A stretch of DNA of 64,000 bases from the NCBI RefSeq assembly GCF_006345805.1, contig NC_043008.1:55986001-56050000 (forward strand), read 5' to 3'. Shown here piece after piece: positions 1 through 13,096 of the stretch. The notes under the pieces were generated by a model that was given only the letters and a program-made list of their open reading frames with translations, was not told the origin of the DNA and did not search any database. This DNA is from Octopus sinensis. Taxonomy: Eukaryota. Every line of letters starts with the position of its first letter. The stretch's first letter is position 1. A program made the translations under genes and the position numbers.

Positions 1-192
1 GTCACAATGCGTTTGCATTGTTTTAGCCTTCGAATGACGCCACCCAGCTGGCTAAGCGAGCAGGCCTACAGAAGAAAGAGTGAGAGAAAGAGTGGTGAAA
101 GAGTACAGCAGGGATCACCACCCCCTGCCGGAGCCTCGTGGAACATTTAGGTATTTTCGCTCAATAAACACTCACAACGCCCGGTCTGGGAA
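1..192 (-). mobile_element. tRNA-derived SINE family H, partial, 3' module type 1
   Basis: Reverse complement matches the head/core of the copies at 12340, 53088 and 58656 (CCCAGACCGGGCGTTGTGAGTGTTTATTGAGCGAAAA..). The body diverges after ..TTCTTCTGT. Confidence 0.8.
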
Positions 193-232
193 TATATATA
201 TATATATATATATATAAAGAGGAGAGAGAGAT

Positions 233-303
<71 letters not shown>

Positions 304-520
304 CACATACATATACAGGATGCAATGGGTAAATTGTTGCTGTTTTATATTTCTGATTTTGCACATTGTTTGTTTTTGATTTTGTCCACTATATAGTATA
401 GTAGGGTCAGTTGGGCACCGTCTGTGAGAAAAACAGCACCACGATGCAATTCACTCAGCTAGACATTTGGAAATGACATACCGTACTGTTTGGCATTCAT
501 GCTGGAAGCTCCAATACGAA

Positions 521-1190
521 AAGATGGTGAACACACAGAACGACCATTGGCTCAGCTGTGTCCCCAAAACATGTACCGAGAGTGATAAAAATGAAACATC
601 CAGCCAACATAAGGGTGTTTGGAGTGATCACTAGTGATGGCAATGTTATGCTTCCATTCATCTTCCCACATGGCCTCAGACTCAACATGGAGGCCTACAT
701 CAAATGCCTGCTGTCCTGGATCAAGAGGGTGGCTGCTGGAAGACCCTAAGTCTGGCAACAGGACTCTGCACCATGCCACACTGGCAGGAGAACCCAGTCA
801 TAGCCATCAGACAATTCCTGCGACCACATCACCCCTAACGTCTGTCCACCTAACTCCCCACACTGCAACCCCCCTTGATTATTATGTGTGGGGTGCAGTT
901 GAGTGAGAGAGCAACAAAACTCCTTATAACACCAAAGATGATCTAAATGCAAGGATTATGGTAGCATTAACCAACTTAAACGAGGAGACCACCGAGAAGA
1001 GCTGCAAGAGATTCTGAAGTTGCCTGGAGACTGTGGTTGAAGCCACTGGTGATTTTATTGAATAAATTAAATCTTTAGTATTTCATGATATTTTTATGTA
1101 ATTTTGGTAAATATATCTATTAAAATGGGATGTCAATGTTATTTTCATTTTTGTGTAACTTAGACAACAAGATATTCACCACACCCTCTG
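521..1190 (+). mobile_element. Degenerate Tc1/mariner transposase, DD37D (maT) type, 3' half plus probable right end
   Basis: Reading through stop codons gives ..VFGVITSDG..WQQDSAPCH..PPNSPHCNPLDYYVWGAVE..DFIE*. There are 37 residues between the QQD Asp and the PLDY Asp. Several in-frame stops. Confidence 0.85.
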
Positions 1191-1920
1191 TGTGTGTGTA
1201 TGTAAGTACACACACACACATACATCCTTTTACTTGTTTCTGTCATTAGTTTTTGGCCATGCTGGGGCATCACCTTGAAAGGCTTAGTTGAATAAATTGA
1301 TCCCTAGTACTATTTTCTAAAGCTGATATTTATTCTGTTGGTCCCTTTTGCGAAACTGCTCGGTCATGGGGATGTAAACAAACCCAACACTGATTGTCAA
1401 GCTGTGGATAGAGGGGACGTGCATGTGCGCGCACACACACACACACGCACATGCACAGTGGACTTCCACATAGTTTCCATCTACCAAATTTATTCACAAG
1501 TCATTGGGCAGCCCAGGGCTATATAGTTAAAGACACTTGCCCAAGGTACCGTGCAGTAGGACTGAACCCAAGACCACATGGTTGCAAAGTGAGCTTCTTA
1601 ACCACATATCCATGCCTGTACTGCAGTTTGGTTGTTTATCAGGCGAGCTCTGTAGAAAACTTTGTGACCCAATTTCGGTCCTCAGTTGAAGCTTTCCACT
1701 TTATTCTATTTGTCCTGGCGTACTTAAGAAATCGCATTAGAAGTATAAGTAGCTATACTTACACTCAAAGGATCTCAGCACTTTATGTTGACTAATTTTT
1801 AACGTCTCAAAACTTACGATGACTGCATCATACCGTATAGAAAAATAATACTTCACAGTCAATGATGGAGCCTCTTTCTTACCACTGAAGCTGCTAGAGA
1901 CAGCAGTCAAATCTCTCTTT

Positions 1921-2289
1921 CTTCTTTCTTCTATCTGCTCAGTCGAAGTCGACTCTCGGTTACTTGATGGATCAGTGTCCTCCAGTCAGTTCTATCCTGG
2001 GCCGCTTCTTTCAGATTGGCTATGTCCATTCCGGTATCACTCTAGATGGTGTCAAGCCAGCGGGTTCTTGGTCGGCCTCTTCCTCTCTTGCCACTGACCA
2101 TTCCGAGCATGATGTCCTTCTCCAGGGATTTTCTCCACATAATATGACCAAAATATGCCAATCTATGCTTGGTGATCCTAACTTCTAGCGACATTTCGGC
2201 CTGATCTGCTTAAGAACTTCTCCATTGGTGAGCCTTGCTGTCCATGGAATCCGTAAAAGTCTTCTCCAACACCAAAGCTCGAATGCATT
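1921..2289 (-). mobile_element. 5'-truncated RTE/BovB-like LINE (RT C-terminus plus tail) with 12-bp TSD
   Basis: Minus strand gives NAFELWCWRRLLRIPWTAR, then after a frameshift RLAYFGHIMWRKSLEKDIMLGMVSGKRGRGRPRTRWLD..AQDRTDWRTLIHQVTESRLRLSR*. Flanked by AAATCTCTCTTT at 1909-1920 and 2290-2301. Confidence 0.9.
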
Positions 2290-3776
2290 AAATCTCTCTT
2301 TACCCACTAGCATTTAAACTGACTGTGTCCATCCATATCTGACCACATCACATTCTACCTGTTCTATGGTCAAACTGGTGTGATCTGACTTCTCACGCTT
2401 ACCCTATGAGGTCATTCTTAAAATAATAATCGCATCATCAAAATCTGGGGACTATTCTTTTATTGTTTTCTTTTGCTTGTTTCATTCATTTGACTGTGGC
2501 CATGCCAGAGCACCACTTTTTAGTTGAAGAAATCGACCCCTGTACTTATTCTTTGTAAACCTGGTGCTTATTCTGAAGGTCTCTTCTGCTGAACCACTAA
2601 GTCACGGGGACTTAAACACACCTACATAGGTTGTCAAGCAATGGTGGGTGGGACAAACACACACACATAAATACACACACACACACACATACAACGGGCT
2701 TCTTTCAGTTTCTGTCTACCAAATCCACTCACAAGGCTTTGGTTAGCCTGAGACTATAGTAGAAGATGCTTGCCCAAGGTGCCATGCAGCGGGACTGAAC
2801 CCGGAACCATGTGCTCAGGAAGCGAGCTTCTTACCACACAGCCGCGTCTGCACCTATGGATAAATAATTGTTACATTTGATAAAGGAAACTGAATGCTAA
2901 AGGGTTAAATCATATCTATAACAATTGTAATTTGAAATCATGGATAACTTGTGTTATCTAATTGATAAATTAGATCTAATTGCTTGTATGTAGTCACGAG
3001 CATACTATGACATCCTTATGGCTCTCCAGTTTTCCACCTAGTGGAACATCCTGGATCTGACAGCTGCAAGGAAAGAGGCCTGCTCTAGCATTCATCTAGC
3101 ATACATTTCAACTAAATAGACTGTAGCAGTGTGAAGTGAAGTGCCTTGCTTAAGAATACCTTACAATTCCTGATCTAGGAATTGAACTTGTGATTGTAGG
3201 ATCGTGAGCTCAACACCCTGACCATTATTGCGTTAAGAAAACAAAATTATAAAATATACATGCTGTAAAGTGGTTGGCATTAGGAAAGGCATCTTGTTAT
3301 AGAACCCATGCCCTAAGTAGACACCGGAGCTTGGTGCCATCCTTGGGCCCATTGTATCTTGCCAAACAATCCAACCCATGCCAGCATTGAAGACGGACAG
3401 TAAATTATGATGATGATGATGATGATGAATTCTAATATAATCTTTGGTTTATGGTCTGAAGAGAAGAAACAGGAATGGTTCATGACTAGAATGCTTTTGC
3501 TGTTAGAAGATCTACTTGATCAAAACTGACCTTGGGCTAGAACTACAAAGAAGCTGTGACAAATATTTACCCTTTGCAACATTGTTGAGTATTAACTGAA
3601 CAAAGTCTGGAATTTCAGAAATTGGTCCTAATCAGCTTTATTGATTAAAAAAAATTGTTCTTTGATATTGTGAAGAATTGTCAAGCTTGGCATATATTCA
3701 TCTATCTATGTTTGTGTGTGCGCATGTGTGCATGCACAACCACACACACACACAAACTTATGATTTCTGAAATTCC

Positions 3777-3807
<31 letters not shown>

Positions 3808-3872
3808 CATCATCATCATATATATATGATGATGATATATATATGTACCTACACACACACACACAACAAATA

Positions 3873-3962
<90 letters not shown>

Positions 3963-4058
3963 CACACACAGATATATAAAATACAAAAAGGGACAAGAGC
4001 GCAAACCATCCGGACAGTTAGGTGATACAAAAATGATGTATATATACATATATATGCG

Positions 4059-4115
<57 letters not shown>

Positions 4116-4846
4116 CAAGCAAGCAAGCTTGTTTCAGTTTCTGCCTGTCAAATCCACTCACAAGTCTTTGGTTGGCCCAGGGCTACAGTAGAAAACATTT
4201 GTCCATAGTGCTACTGCACAGCATGACTGAACCCAAGACCACATGGCTGGCAAACGAGCTTCCTTAACCACACAGCCATGCCTGCACCCAGAGTCTTGGA
4301 TGAAAATGTCCCACCCAAAACACCCAGCTTCACAGATTTCTGTTTCTGCAAGCGGGCCAGTCCAACACATTATTATCCACTGAGCTATTATTTCCATCAA
4401 ATTGTCCATTAAAGACACTCCAGCTTTGACTATCCTGTCTTTATAAATTTTTGTTGAGAGAAGTATTTAGGACTATTTTTAATGCATCATTTCACATTTT
4501 TTATGACATTAGGGTGTGATCTGAGGGAAACCTGACTATGATTTCTAGCAGGTCTATGAATTATGTAGGGCTTTCCCCCTCGGTTAATCTGGAGAGTATA
4601 TTGAAGGTTGGACAGGAAGATTGGTTAGATAGATGATTGTGGTGTCTGGTGGTGGTACAAATGTTTAAAAGGTCAACAATCACAGGGGGGGGGATCTATC
4701 AACACAATAACCACCCACGGCAATCGGATCCATCCCAGTGGGTTCCTGCGTTTATCTCAGTAGGATAGGCCTCATTAAGTTAATGTGGCAGGGTGTTCAT
4801 TCAACTTTACACACATATATACATACATACATACATACATACACAC

Positions 4847-4893
<47 letters not shown>

Positions 4894-4915
4894 CACACAT
4901 ACATACATACATACA

Positions 4916-4946
<31 letters not shown>

Positions 4947-5190
4947 GAAGGCTCTGAATGACTGTCTGTTTTCCATGTTCGTCACTGTGTATTTCACGTT
5001 CTTTATATATAAAGTTTTATTCTATATATGTATATATATATGTATATATATATATATATATATAGATTTATACCTATACGTGTGTGTTGTGTGTATATAA
5101 ATATTATATATATATATATGTATATATGTATGTATATATGTATGTATATATGTATGTATATATATATATGTATGTATATATATATGTATG

Positions 5191-5252
<62 letters not shown>

Positions 5253-5254
5253 CA

Positions 5255-5372
5255 TACTTAAGCTGTGGCACATCGTTAGATCAGAAAAATATACACATGC
5301 AACGATATTACGTAAACATCAAACTTGGTACAGAAGCACTAGCCGAATGATTGACACCTGTACCAACTGTTA

Positions 5373-5416
<44 letters not shown>

Positions 5417-5504
5417 ACATGTACATCTCATCAGGAAAGATATAAGTAAACCCTCCCAAAAGTGTTGAGTGCCACTTTTTCCCCTTGTTCACTCACTCGT
5501 GTGA

Positions 5505-5543
<39 letters not shown>

Positions 5544-5627
5544 CAAAACTGTGCCGGCGCTTTACTCATCATCCATTTATATATTTGGTACAATTTCTCC
5601 ATTATCTATCTATCTATCTATCTATCT

Positions 5628-5687
<60 letters not shown>

Positions 5688-5770
5688 TAGATAGATAGAT
5701 AGATAGATAGATAATGGAGAAATTGTACAAAATATTAAATGGATGATGATAAAGCGCCGGCACAGTTTTG

Positions 5771-5805
<35 letters not shown>

Positions 5806-5922
5806 CACACACACACACACACACACCACACACATTCACACGAGTGAGTGAACAAGGGGAAAAAGTGGCACTCAACACTTTTGGGAGGGTTTACTTATAT
5901 CTTTCCTGAGAGATGTACATGT

Positions 5923-5976
<54 letters not shown>

Positions 5977-6093
5977 TAACAGTTGGTACAGGTGTCAATC
6001 ATTCGGCTAGTGCTTCTGTACCAAGTTGATGTTTACGTAATATCGTTGCATGTGTATATTTTTCTGATCTAACGATGTGCCACAGCTTAAGTA
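5255..6093. repeat. ~840-bp palindrome centred on (TA)n
   Basis: Left arm from TACTTAAGCTGTGGCAC is the reverse complement of the right arm ending GTGCCACAGCTTAAGTA; differences are mostly 1-nt indels. Confidence 0.95.
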
Positions 6094-6120
6094 CCTAATT
6101 CATCTGAATCTTATATATAT

Positions 6121-7650
6121 CTCTGTGGTGTTTCATGTTCTTGTCCATGTCTGTATTTAATTTTACTGTTTACCTATATAATCGGCGGCTACGTATCCAC
6201 AATTGTCCCTATACGATAAGTATTTTTTTTCTCAAGCTTTGATACGACTCTTAATCTGTCTCTTTTTCTCTCTCTCTCCCTCCTCCCTATTCCACTTCCG
6301 TTCTTCCCTCTCCATCCGTCCCCCCCCCCTTTCTACGTTTCTCTATCTCTCTCACCTCCAGCCCCCTCGATCTGTCTCTTTCTTCTCCTCCCTTCGTCCA
6401 CCTTCTCTCCCTTTTCATCTGTCCCTTTCTCCTGTCTTTTGTTCTCACGTGACGCTAGCCGCTGTTGAGCGCTCTTTTCGTTTTCAGCAGCCTCAGCAGC
6501 CTCAGAAGCAACACGGATTTGTTCGTCTCCCCGTGGCCTTTAGGCACAACTTCACAAGCCAGCCCCTACTCAAATCGTCCGTCGAAGACCCTTGTCCTAC
6601 GTCCTGGTTTTGTTTTGTTGTTTATTTTGTTATTTTTCCGTTATTGTTTTTACGTTTTTGTATTCTTATTGTGTCACGTATTCTGTATTTTTGTTTGTGT
6701 ACTTCGATCGTTTTCCGTCCTTTCGTTGTATACATTCGAAGCTTTGGGCTGGCCATATCGGAGCAATCTCAAGATTAATCAGCCGAAATTGCTAAGATAT
6801 CTGGTTCTTGACTGATGACTGAGGGCTTCGAATGTCCCGTCCTGTGGTTCTTGTGTCGTCTCTGTGGTGTTTCATGTTCTTGTCCATGTCTGTATTTAAT
6901 TTTACTGTTTACCTATATAATCGGCGGCTACGTATCCACAATTGTCCCTATACGATAAGTATATTTTTTTCTCAAGCTTTGATACGACTCTTAATCTGTC
7001 TCTTTTTCTCTCTCTCTCCCTCCTCCCTTATCCACTTCCGTTCTTTCCCTCTCCATCCGTCCCCCCCCCCTTTCTACGTTTCTCTATCTCTCTCACCTCC
7101 AGCCCCCTCGATCTGTCTCTTTCTTCTCCTCCCTCGTCCACCTTCTCTTCCCTTTTCATCTGTCCCTTTCTCCTGTCTTTTGTTCTCACGTGACAGCTAG
7201 CCGCTGTTGAGCGCTCTTTTCGTTTTCAGCAGCCTCAGAAGCAACACGGATTTGTTCGTCTCCCCGTGGCCTTTACACAACTTCACAAGCCAGCCCCTAC
7301 TCAAATCGTCCTTCGAAAGACCCTTGTCCTACGTCCTGGTTTTGTTTTGTTGTTTATTTTTTATTTTTACCGTTATTGTTTTTACGTTTTTGTATTCTTA
7401 TGGTGTCACGTATTCTGTATTTTTGTTTGTGTACTTCGATCGTTTTCCGTCCTTTCGTTGTATACATTCGAAGCTTTGGGCTGGCCATATCGGAGCAATC
7501 TCAAGATTAATCAGCCGAAATTGCTAAGATGATCTGGTTCTTGACTGATGACTGAGGGCTTCGAAGTCCCGTCCTGTGGTTCTTGTGTCGTCTCTGTGGT
7601 GTTTCATGTTCTTGTCCATGTCTGTAATTTATTTTACTGTTACCTATATA
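6121..7650. repeat. Tandem array of two ~735-bp units plus a ~60-bp partial unit
   Basis: CTCTGTGGTGTTTCATGTTC recurs at 6121, 6860 and 7592; the units are colinear. Confidence 0.95.
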
Positions 7651-7839
7651 TATATATATATAATATATACACATATATATTATTTAACTGCAAAGTTACA
7701 TGAGTGATTCAAAGGCTGAGAGCTACTTATGTAATTTTACAGCTGACTAATATGTGTGTATGTGTGTGTTTGTATGTAGAAGAGTAGTTATGGTTACTAC
7801 ATCTTATTACTTAGAGAAGAGTACTCAATGTGGTTAGAG

Positions 7840-8043
7840 CAGGGGTCTCCAAAATAGTTGATATCGACCCCTGGGGGTCAGTGGGACTATTTAAGGCGTT
7901 GATAAATGCCTGGAAACTGCACATCTATTAATTATTATTATTATTTATTTATTTATTTATTTTCTTGTACATTCTTGGGGGGTCAATGAGGGGTCAAGGA
8001 TTCCATGAAGGGGTTGATGGTCTAAAAGGTTTGGGGACCCCTG
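7840..8043. mobile_element. hAT-type MITE
   Basis: TIRs CAGGGGTCTCCAAA and TTTGGGGACCCCTG; 8-bp TSD GGTTAGAG (7832-7839) and AGTTAGAG (8044-8051). Confidence 0.8.
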
Positions 8044-8743
8044 AGTTAGAGGTTCATTTTGGTGGGTATTGTGAAAAAGGTAAATGTGTGTAGCCTAGTG
8101 GTTAGGGTGTTAGATTGTGGTTCCTGTTCCTGGACTGAATGGTGCATTTTGTTCTTAAGCAGACCACTTCATTTCATGTTCCCCCCACCCCCATCCGCTA
8201 TCCTCCCCGACTCATCTCTAAATGTGTAATTCTACAATGGACTGGCATCCTGTTCAGGGAAAATGACAGATTATTCTGTCAAATGTAATGGTTTTTTTTA
8301 TTCACATTGTTTTTGTGGCTGTGTGGTAAGTAGCTTGCTTACCAACCACATCGTTCCGGGTTCAGTCCCACTAAATATGAGTACTTGGCTAACAAAGTGC
8401 TTAAACCGGAGAACTAACTGTACACCCCAGTAATTAACTTACTCAATACATTATTAATTAATGATAATTCAGCATATTGCAAAACCAAGGGCTTTATGAC
8501 TACCAAATGTAGTACAGGATTGCAAAGTAAATAATAATGAGGAAAGAGCATGGCTGTGTCTTGTGTGTGAATCTTCTTTTCATAACTTTGTCGATCTTCT
8601 GCTTAAGTTTTGGAACTTATATGTATAATCATTATAATCATATATATTAAGTTATATATTAGATTATATTGTTATATATATTATGTTGTATTATATATGA
8701 TATATTATATTGTATAATATATTATATTTATTATATATATATA

Positions 8744-9140
8744 GGCGCAGGAGTGGCTGTGTGGTAAGTAGCTTGCTAACCAACCACATGGTTCCGGGTT
8801 CAGTCCCACTACGTGGCATCTTGGGCAAGTGTCTTGCTATAGCCCCGGGCTGACCAATGCCTTGTGAGTGGATTTGGTAGACGGAAACTGAAAGAAGCCT
8901 GTTGTATATATGTATATATATATATATATATGTGTGTGTTTGTGTGTCTGTGTTTGTCCCCCTAGCATTGCTTGACAACCGATGCTGGTGTGTTTACATC
9001 CCTGTCACTTAGCGATTTGGCAAAAGAGACCAATAGAATAAGTACTGGGCTTACAAAGAATAAGTCCCGGGGTCAATTTGCTCGACTAAAGGCGGTGCTC
9101 CAGCATGGCCGCAGTCAAATGACTGAAACAAGTATAAAAA
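8744..9140 (+). mobile_element. Bipartite CORE-like SINE (A-part, (TA)n(TG)n linker, B-part); representative copy
   Basis: tRNA-like head TGGCTGTGTGGTAAGTAGC..GGTTCAGTCCC, then GGCA(C/T)CTTGGGCAAGTGTCTT (resembles the MIR/CORE motif), a microsatellite linker and a B-part ending GACTGAAACAAGTAAAA. Other copies lie at about 1225-1617(-), 2470-2857(-), 19608-20013(+), 20150-20495(-), 35700-36030(+), 37200-37560(-), 50357-50748(-) and 60868-61305(-). Confidence 0.8.
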
Positions 9141-10124
9141 ATATGATGCCAGCACCGCCCCGACTGGCTTCTGTGCAGGTGGCACATAAAAAGCACCAAC
9201 TGACCGTGGCCGATGCCAGACCCCTCTGGCACCTGTGCAGGTGGCACGTAAAAAGCACCCACTACACTCGCGGAGTGGTTGGTGTTAGGAAGGGCATCCA
9301 GCTGTAGAAACACTGCCAGACCAGACTGGAGCCTGGGGCAGCCTCTGGCTCCCCAGACCCCGGTCGAAACCGTCCAACCCGTGCTAGCGCGGAAAACGGA
9401 CGTTAAACGATGATGATGATGATGATGATGATGATGATATTACATTATATTTTATCACATGATATTATATCATACATTCATCATCATCATCTATAATACA
9501 TATGTATATATATATATTATACTATATATATGTGTGTGTGTTTATATATATATATGTTTATTTATTATATTGTGTGTGTTATATATATATAGTATATTAT
9601 GTGTGTGTGTGTATGTTTATGTGTTTAATTTATGTTTATAGTCTTTTGCATGCATACATACATATAAGGGAATCTCCTTCATTGTCTCGGTATGGTGGGA
9701 GAGATTCTTGAGACAAGATGCGATGACTGGTTGGAGAAGAGTGAGTTTGATACGGCAGTCATGGAGTGGAAGATGAGTTATCTGTGCAGAACAGACAGGA
9801 ATTTCATGCTGCTGGAGATAGGAGCATTATGTTTGTGTAGATAGGAGGTGATATTAATGGGAAGAACAAGGTCCATCCATATGTGCCAGATATTGTAGTT
9901 AAGTGCTGTGCTTGTGTTTCAAGCATCTCTTGTGCCGTTTCCATGGCTCCTTCTGTTCCCCATGAACTGAACAATGGTTTTCGTTAATATGAAGAAGAAT
10001 AATGGAATCTTTCTGAAGAGATCTCCGCATTTATTTGGTTATTTGGTGGGTTGTGGGCAGTTACGCAGTGTGCGTGTGTCTGTTATGCGGTTTTCTTGGA
10101 GGAGAGGAGGTCTGATAGATTTTA

Positions 10125-10155
<31 letters not shown>

Positions 10156-10186
10156 ATGTCTCTGTCCCACTGTATGTGAATATATA

Positions 10187-10237
<51 letters not shown>

Positions 10238-10583
10238 TCATCATCATCGTTTAACGTCCGCTTTCCATGCTAGCATGGGTTGGACGATTTGACTGAGGTC
10301 TGGCGAACCAGATGGCTGCACCAGACTCCAATCTGATCTGGCAGAGTTTCAACAGCTAGATGCCCTTCCTAATATATATATATATACACACACACACATA
10401 TATATACAGTTGAAATTTACAAAAGAATAAACAAAACAAAAGAAGAAGATGGGTGTGTAAACAACAAACAGATGTATTAGTTTAACACTTGGGGAGTGAG
10501 AAAGTCTTTAATGTTTCGAGTCTATGCTCTTTGACACAAAAATAAACAGAGAGAAAATAAAAAAAATGGTTTAGTGGCTAGCG

Positions 10584-10654
<71 letters not shown>

Positions 10655-11353
10655 TGTGTGTATGTATATATATATATATAATATACTATATATATATATA
10701 TATATATATGGTAATATCTATGTGGTCACTTCCAGGACAATTCCTTTTTTCTCCTTGCTCTGAAATATTTCTTGGGTTTTTAGCACAATACATCTATAAA
10801 GGAACACAAGGTATATGGAAACTAAAAATTGTGATTGTCTTTGGCATTAGGAAGGGCATCTGGCCACAGTCACCATGTCACAACAGACAGTTGGAGTCTG
10901 GACATCTCTATGTCAAACTGTCCAACCTATGCCAAAATGGACATTAAACTACAGCGATGATAATGAGGTGTGTGTGTGTGTTTGTGCACAAGAAGATATA
11001 GATATGTATACACACAGACAGACACACGTGTGTGTGTTTAGACACACGTGTGTGTGTTTCTTTGTATGCACATGTATTTTTGTTTATATGCGAGGCAAAA
11101 AGAGAGAGTTATAGCAGGGAGTATTGGATTGTATACAGGCCGGATGGAATTCATAGAGGTGGATTTTCTATGGTTGGATGCCTTTCCTGTCACTAACCCG
11201 CACTTGTTTCCAAGTAGTGTAATACTTCGTTCATGGCCAGACATGTTTTCGGGAAAGATTGATAAGAATACTATTTGTATGACAACAATGCTCATTTACA
11301 AGTATCACAAGAAGTCAGAGCAAGGAGACACTAACACACTCATTCACACACTT

Positions 11354-11387
<34 letters not shown>

Positions 11388-12268
11388 TTATGACAGGCTT
11401 CTTTCAGTTTCCATCTATGAAATCCACACACAAGGCTTTGGTTAGCCTGAGGCTATAGTGGGAGACACTTGTCCAAGGTACCATGGATAGGGATTGAACC
11501 CAGCACCATGTGGTTTAGAAGCAAACTTCTTGACTACCCAGCCACTCTTGCTTTAATTCATACACACACACACACACAATTCCAAACAACATTCTTAACT
11601 TAATGGTTGCTTTTATCCTAACCTTATTACCAAAAACCATCATATAGCTGCCTCCCATCCTTCTTACTCCCACTACTCTAGTTCTTCATTTCTTTGTCTC
11701 CCATCACCTACTTAGTCTGATAGCCTTCCTATCCAGCTGTGTCGAAATTTAATAGAATGAATGTATGGAGACAATATGAGGAAGCAGTGATGCTCTTCAC
11801 TCTTGCCTGGAATGAGACAAACCTCTGGTTGAAAGAATGAATGACATCAACACAGAGCAGAGAGAACTCTTTTGTTTTGCCAGGATCCTAGTCAGTCTCT
11901 CTCATGCTAGTGCCATAATAAATTGGTCTCGGTACATTAACAATGCTTTGTTTCAACGCTAATGATTCTATAGAGTTTGTCCATTGATTTTTAGTTGACA
12001 TTATATGTAAAAGACAAAAGAGAACACTGTTTTTCTTTATATAAAATATCTTTGTGGCCAGAAAATAGGGATCAGATGAACTAGGTGCTTTGGAAATATT
12101 TTAGCATATAGGTGGACAAAGGGTGTACAGTTGCTGAGGAAAACCTAACTAAGGATTGAAACAATCTAAACTGATGTTCCTCTTTCTGTTCATGAAGATG
12201 TAGTTTATAAAGACAGGATTTTTATAGCTGCTTTGATATATACAATGTTGGCTAAAATTATGGACTAC

Positions 12269-12311
<43 letters not shown>

Positions 12312-12339
12312 TGTGTGTGGTGTGTGTGTGGTGTATATA

Positions 12340-12725
12340 GTGGAGGCGCAATGCCCAGTGGTTAGGGCAGCGGACTCGCGGTCATAGGATCGCGCGGTTT
12401 CGATTCCCAGACCGGGCGTTGTGAGTGTTATTGAGCGAAAACACCTAAAGCTCCACGAGTCTCCGGCAGGGATGGTGGTGATCCCTGCTGTACTCTTTCA
12501 CCACAACTTTCTCTCACTCTTACTTCCTGTTTCTGTTGTACCTGTATTTCAAAGGGCCGGCCTTGTCACTCTCTGTGTCACGCTGAATATCCCCGAGAAC
12601 TACGTTAAGGGTACACGTGTCTGTGGAGTGCTCAGCCACTTACACGTTAATTTCACGAGCAGGCTGTTTCGTTGATTCGGATCAACTGGAACCCTCGTCA
12701 TCGTAACCGATGGAGTGCTTCCAAA
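12340..12725 (+). mobile_element. tRNA-derived SINE family H, 3' module type 2
   Basis: Head GTGGAGGCGCAATGCCCAGTGGTTAGGGCAGCGG..GGTTTCGATTCCC with A-box and B-box-like motifs, the shared core, then a different ~190-bp tail. Confidence 0.85.
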
Positions 12726-12740
12726 AATATATATATATTA

Positions 12741-12914
12741 CAGTTAATGAGATGAATGACCACTAAAGTGGAATACTATACGCTAGAAATAGATGTCAAA
12801 TTGCCTTACCACAAAAAGTGTGTTTCTTGAGAACACACTTTTTGTGGTAAGGCGATTGACATATATTTCTAGCGTATAGTATTCCACTTTAGTGGTCATT
12901 CCTTTCATTAATTG
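12741..12914. mobile_element. Fold-back (fully palindromic) Tc1/mariner-type MITE
   Basis: Imperfect inverted arms of about 85 bp with a few-nt loop; TA|CAGTT..AATTG|TA termini. Confidence 0.75.
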
Positions 12915-13063
12915 TAATATAATTTTTAAATCTTTGGATTTTTTAAAATATCCAGGCCACTGGTTGAAATTGATGTTAATTGATTGATATCAATTTCTAT
13001 CCTCATTAGTTAATTATATACACACACACACACACACACACAATACATCATATGCATACATAC

Positions 13064-13096
<33 letters not shown>

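Noticed and set aside
6785-6840. Hammerhead in the 735-bp unit (CAGCCGAAA, CTGATGA)
   Set aside because: The elements are in an order and spacing that give no valid stem II or stem I.
6203-7532. Overlapping F/S/L-rich ORFs up to 191 aa
   Set aside because: By-products of pyrimidine- and T-rich composition; frames are not conserved between the two tandem units.
9670-10125. Possible decayed retroelement coding fragment
   Set aside because: Short open stretches only, with no recognisable RT or endonuclease motif.
12340-12420. tRNA gene
   Set aside because: Only A/B-box-like motifs without a complete cloverleaf, running into a multi-copy body; this and similar heads are SINE heads.
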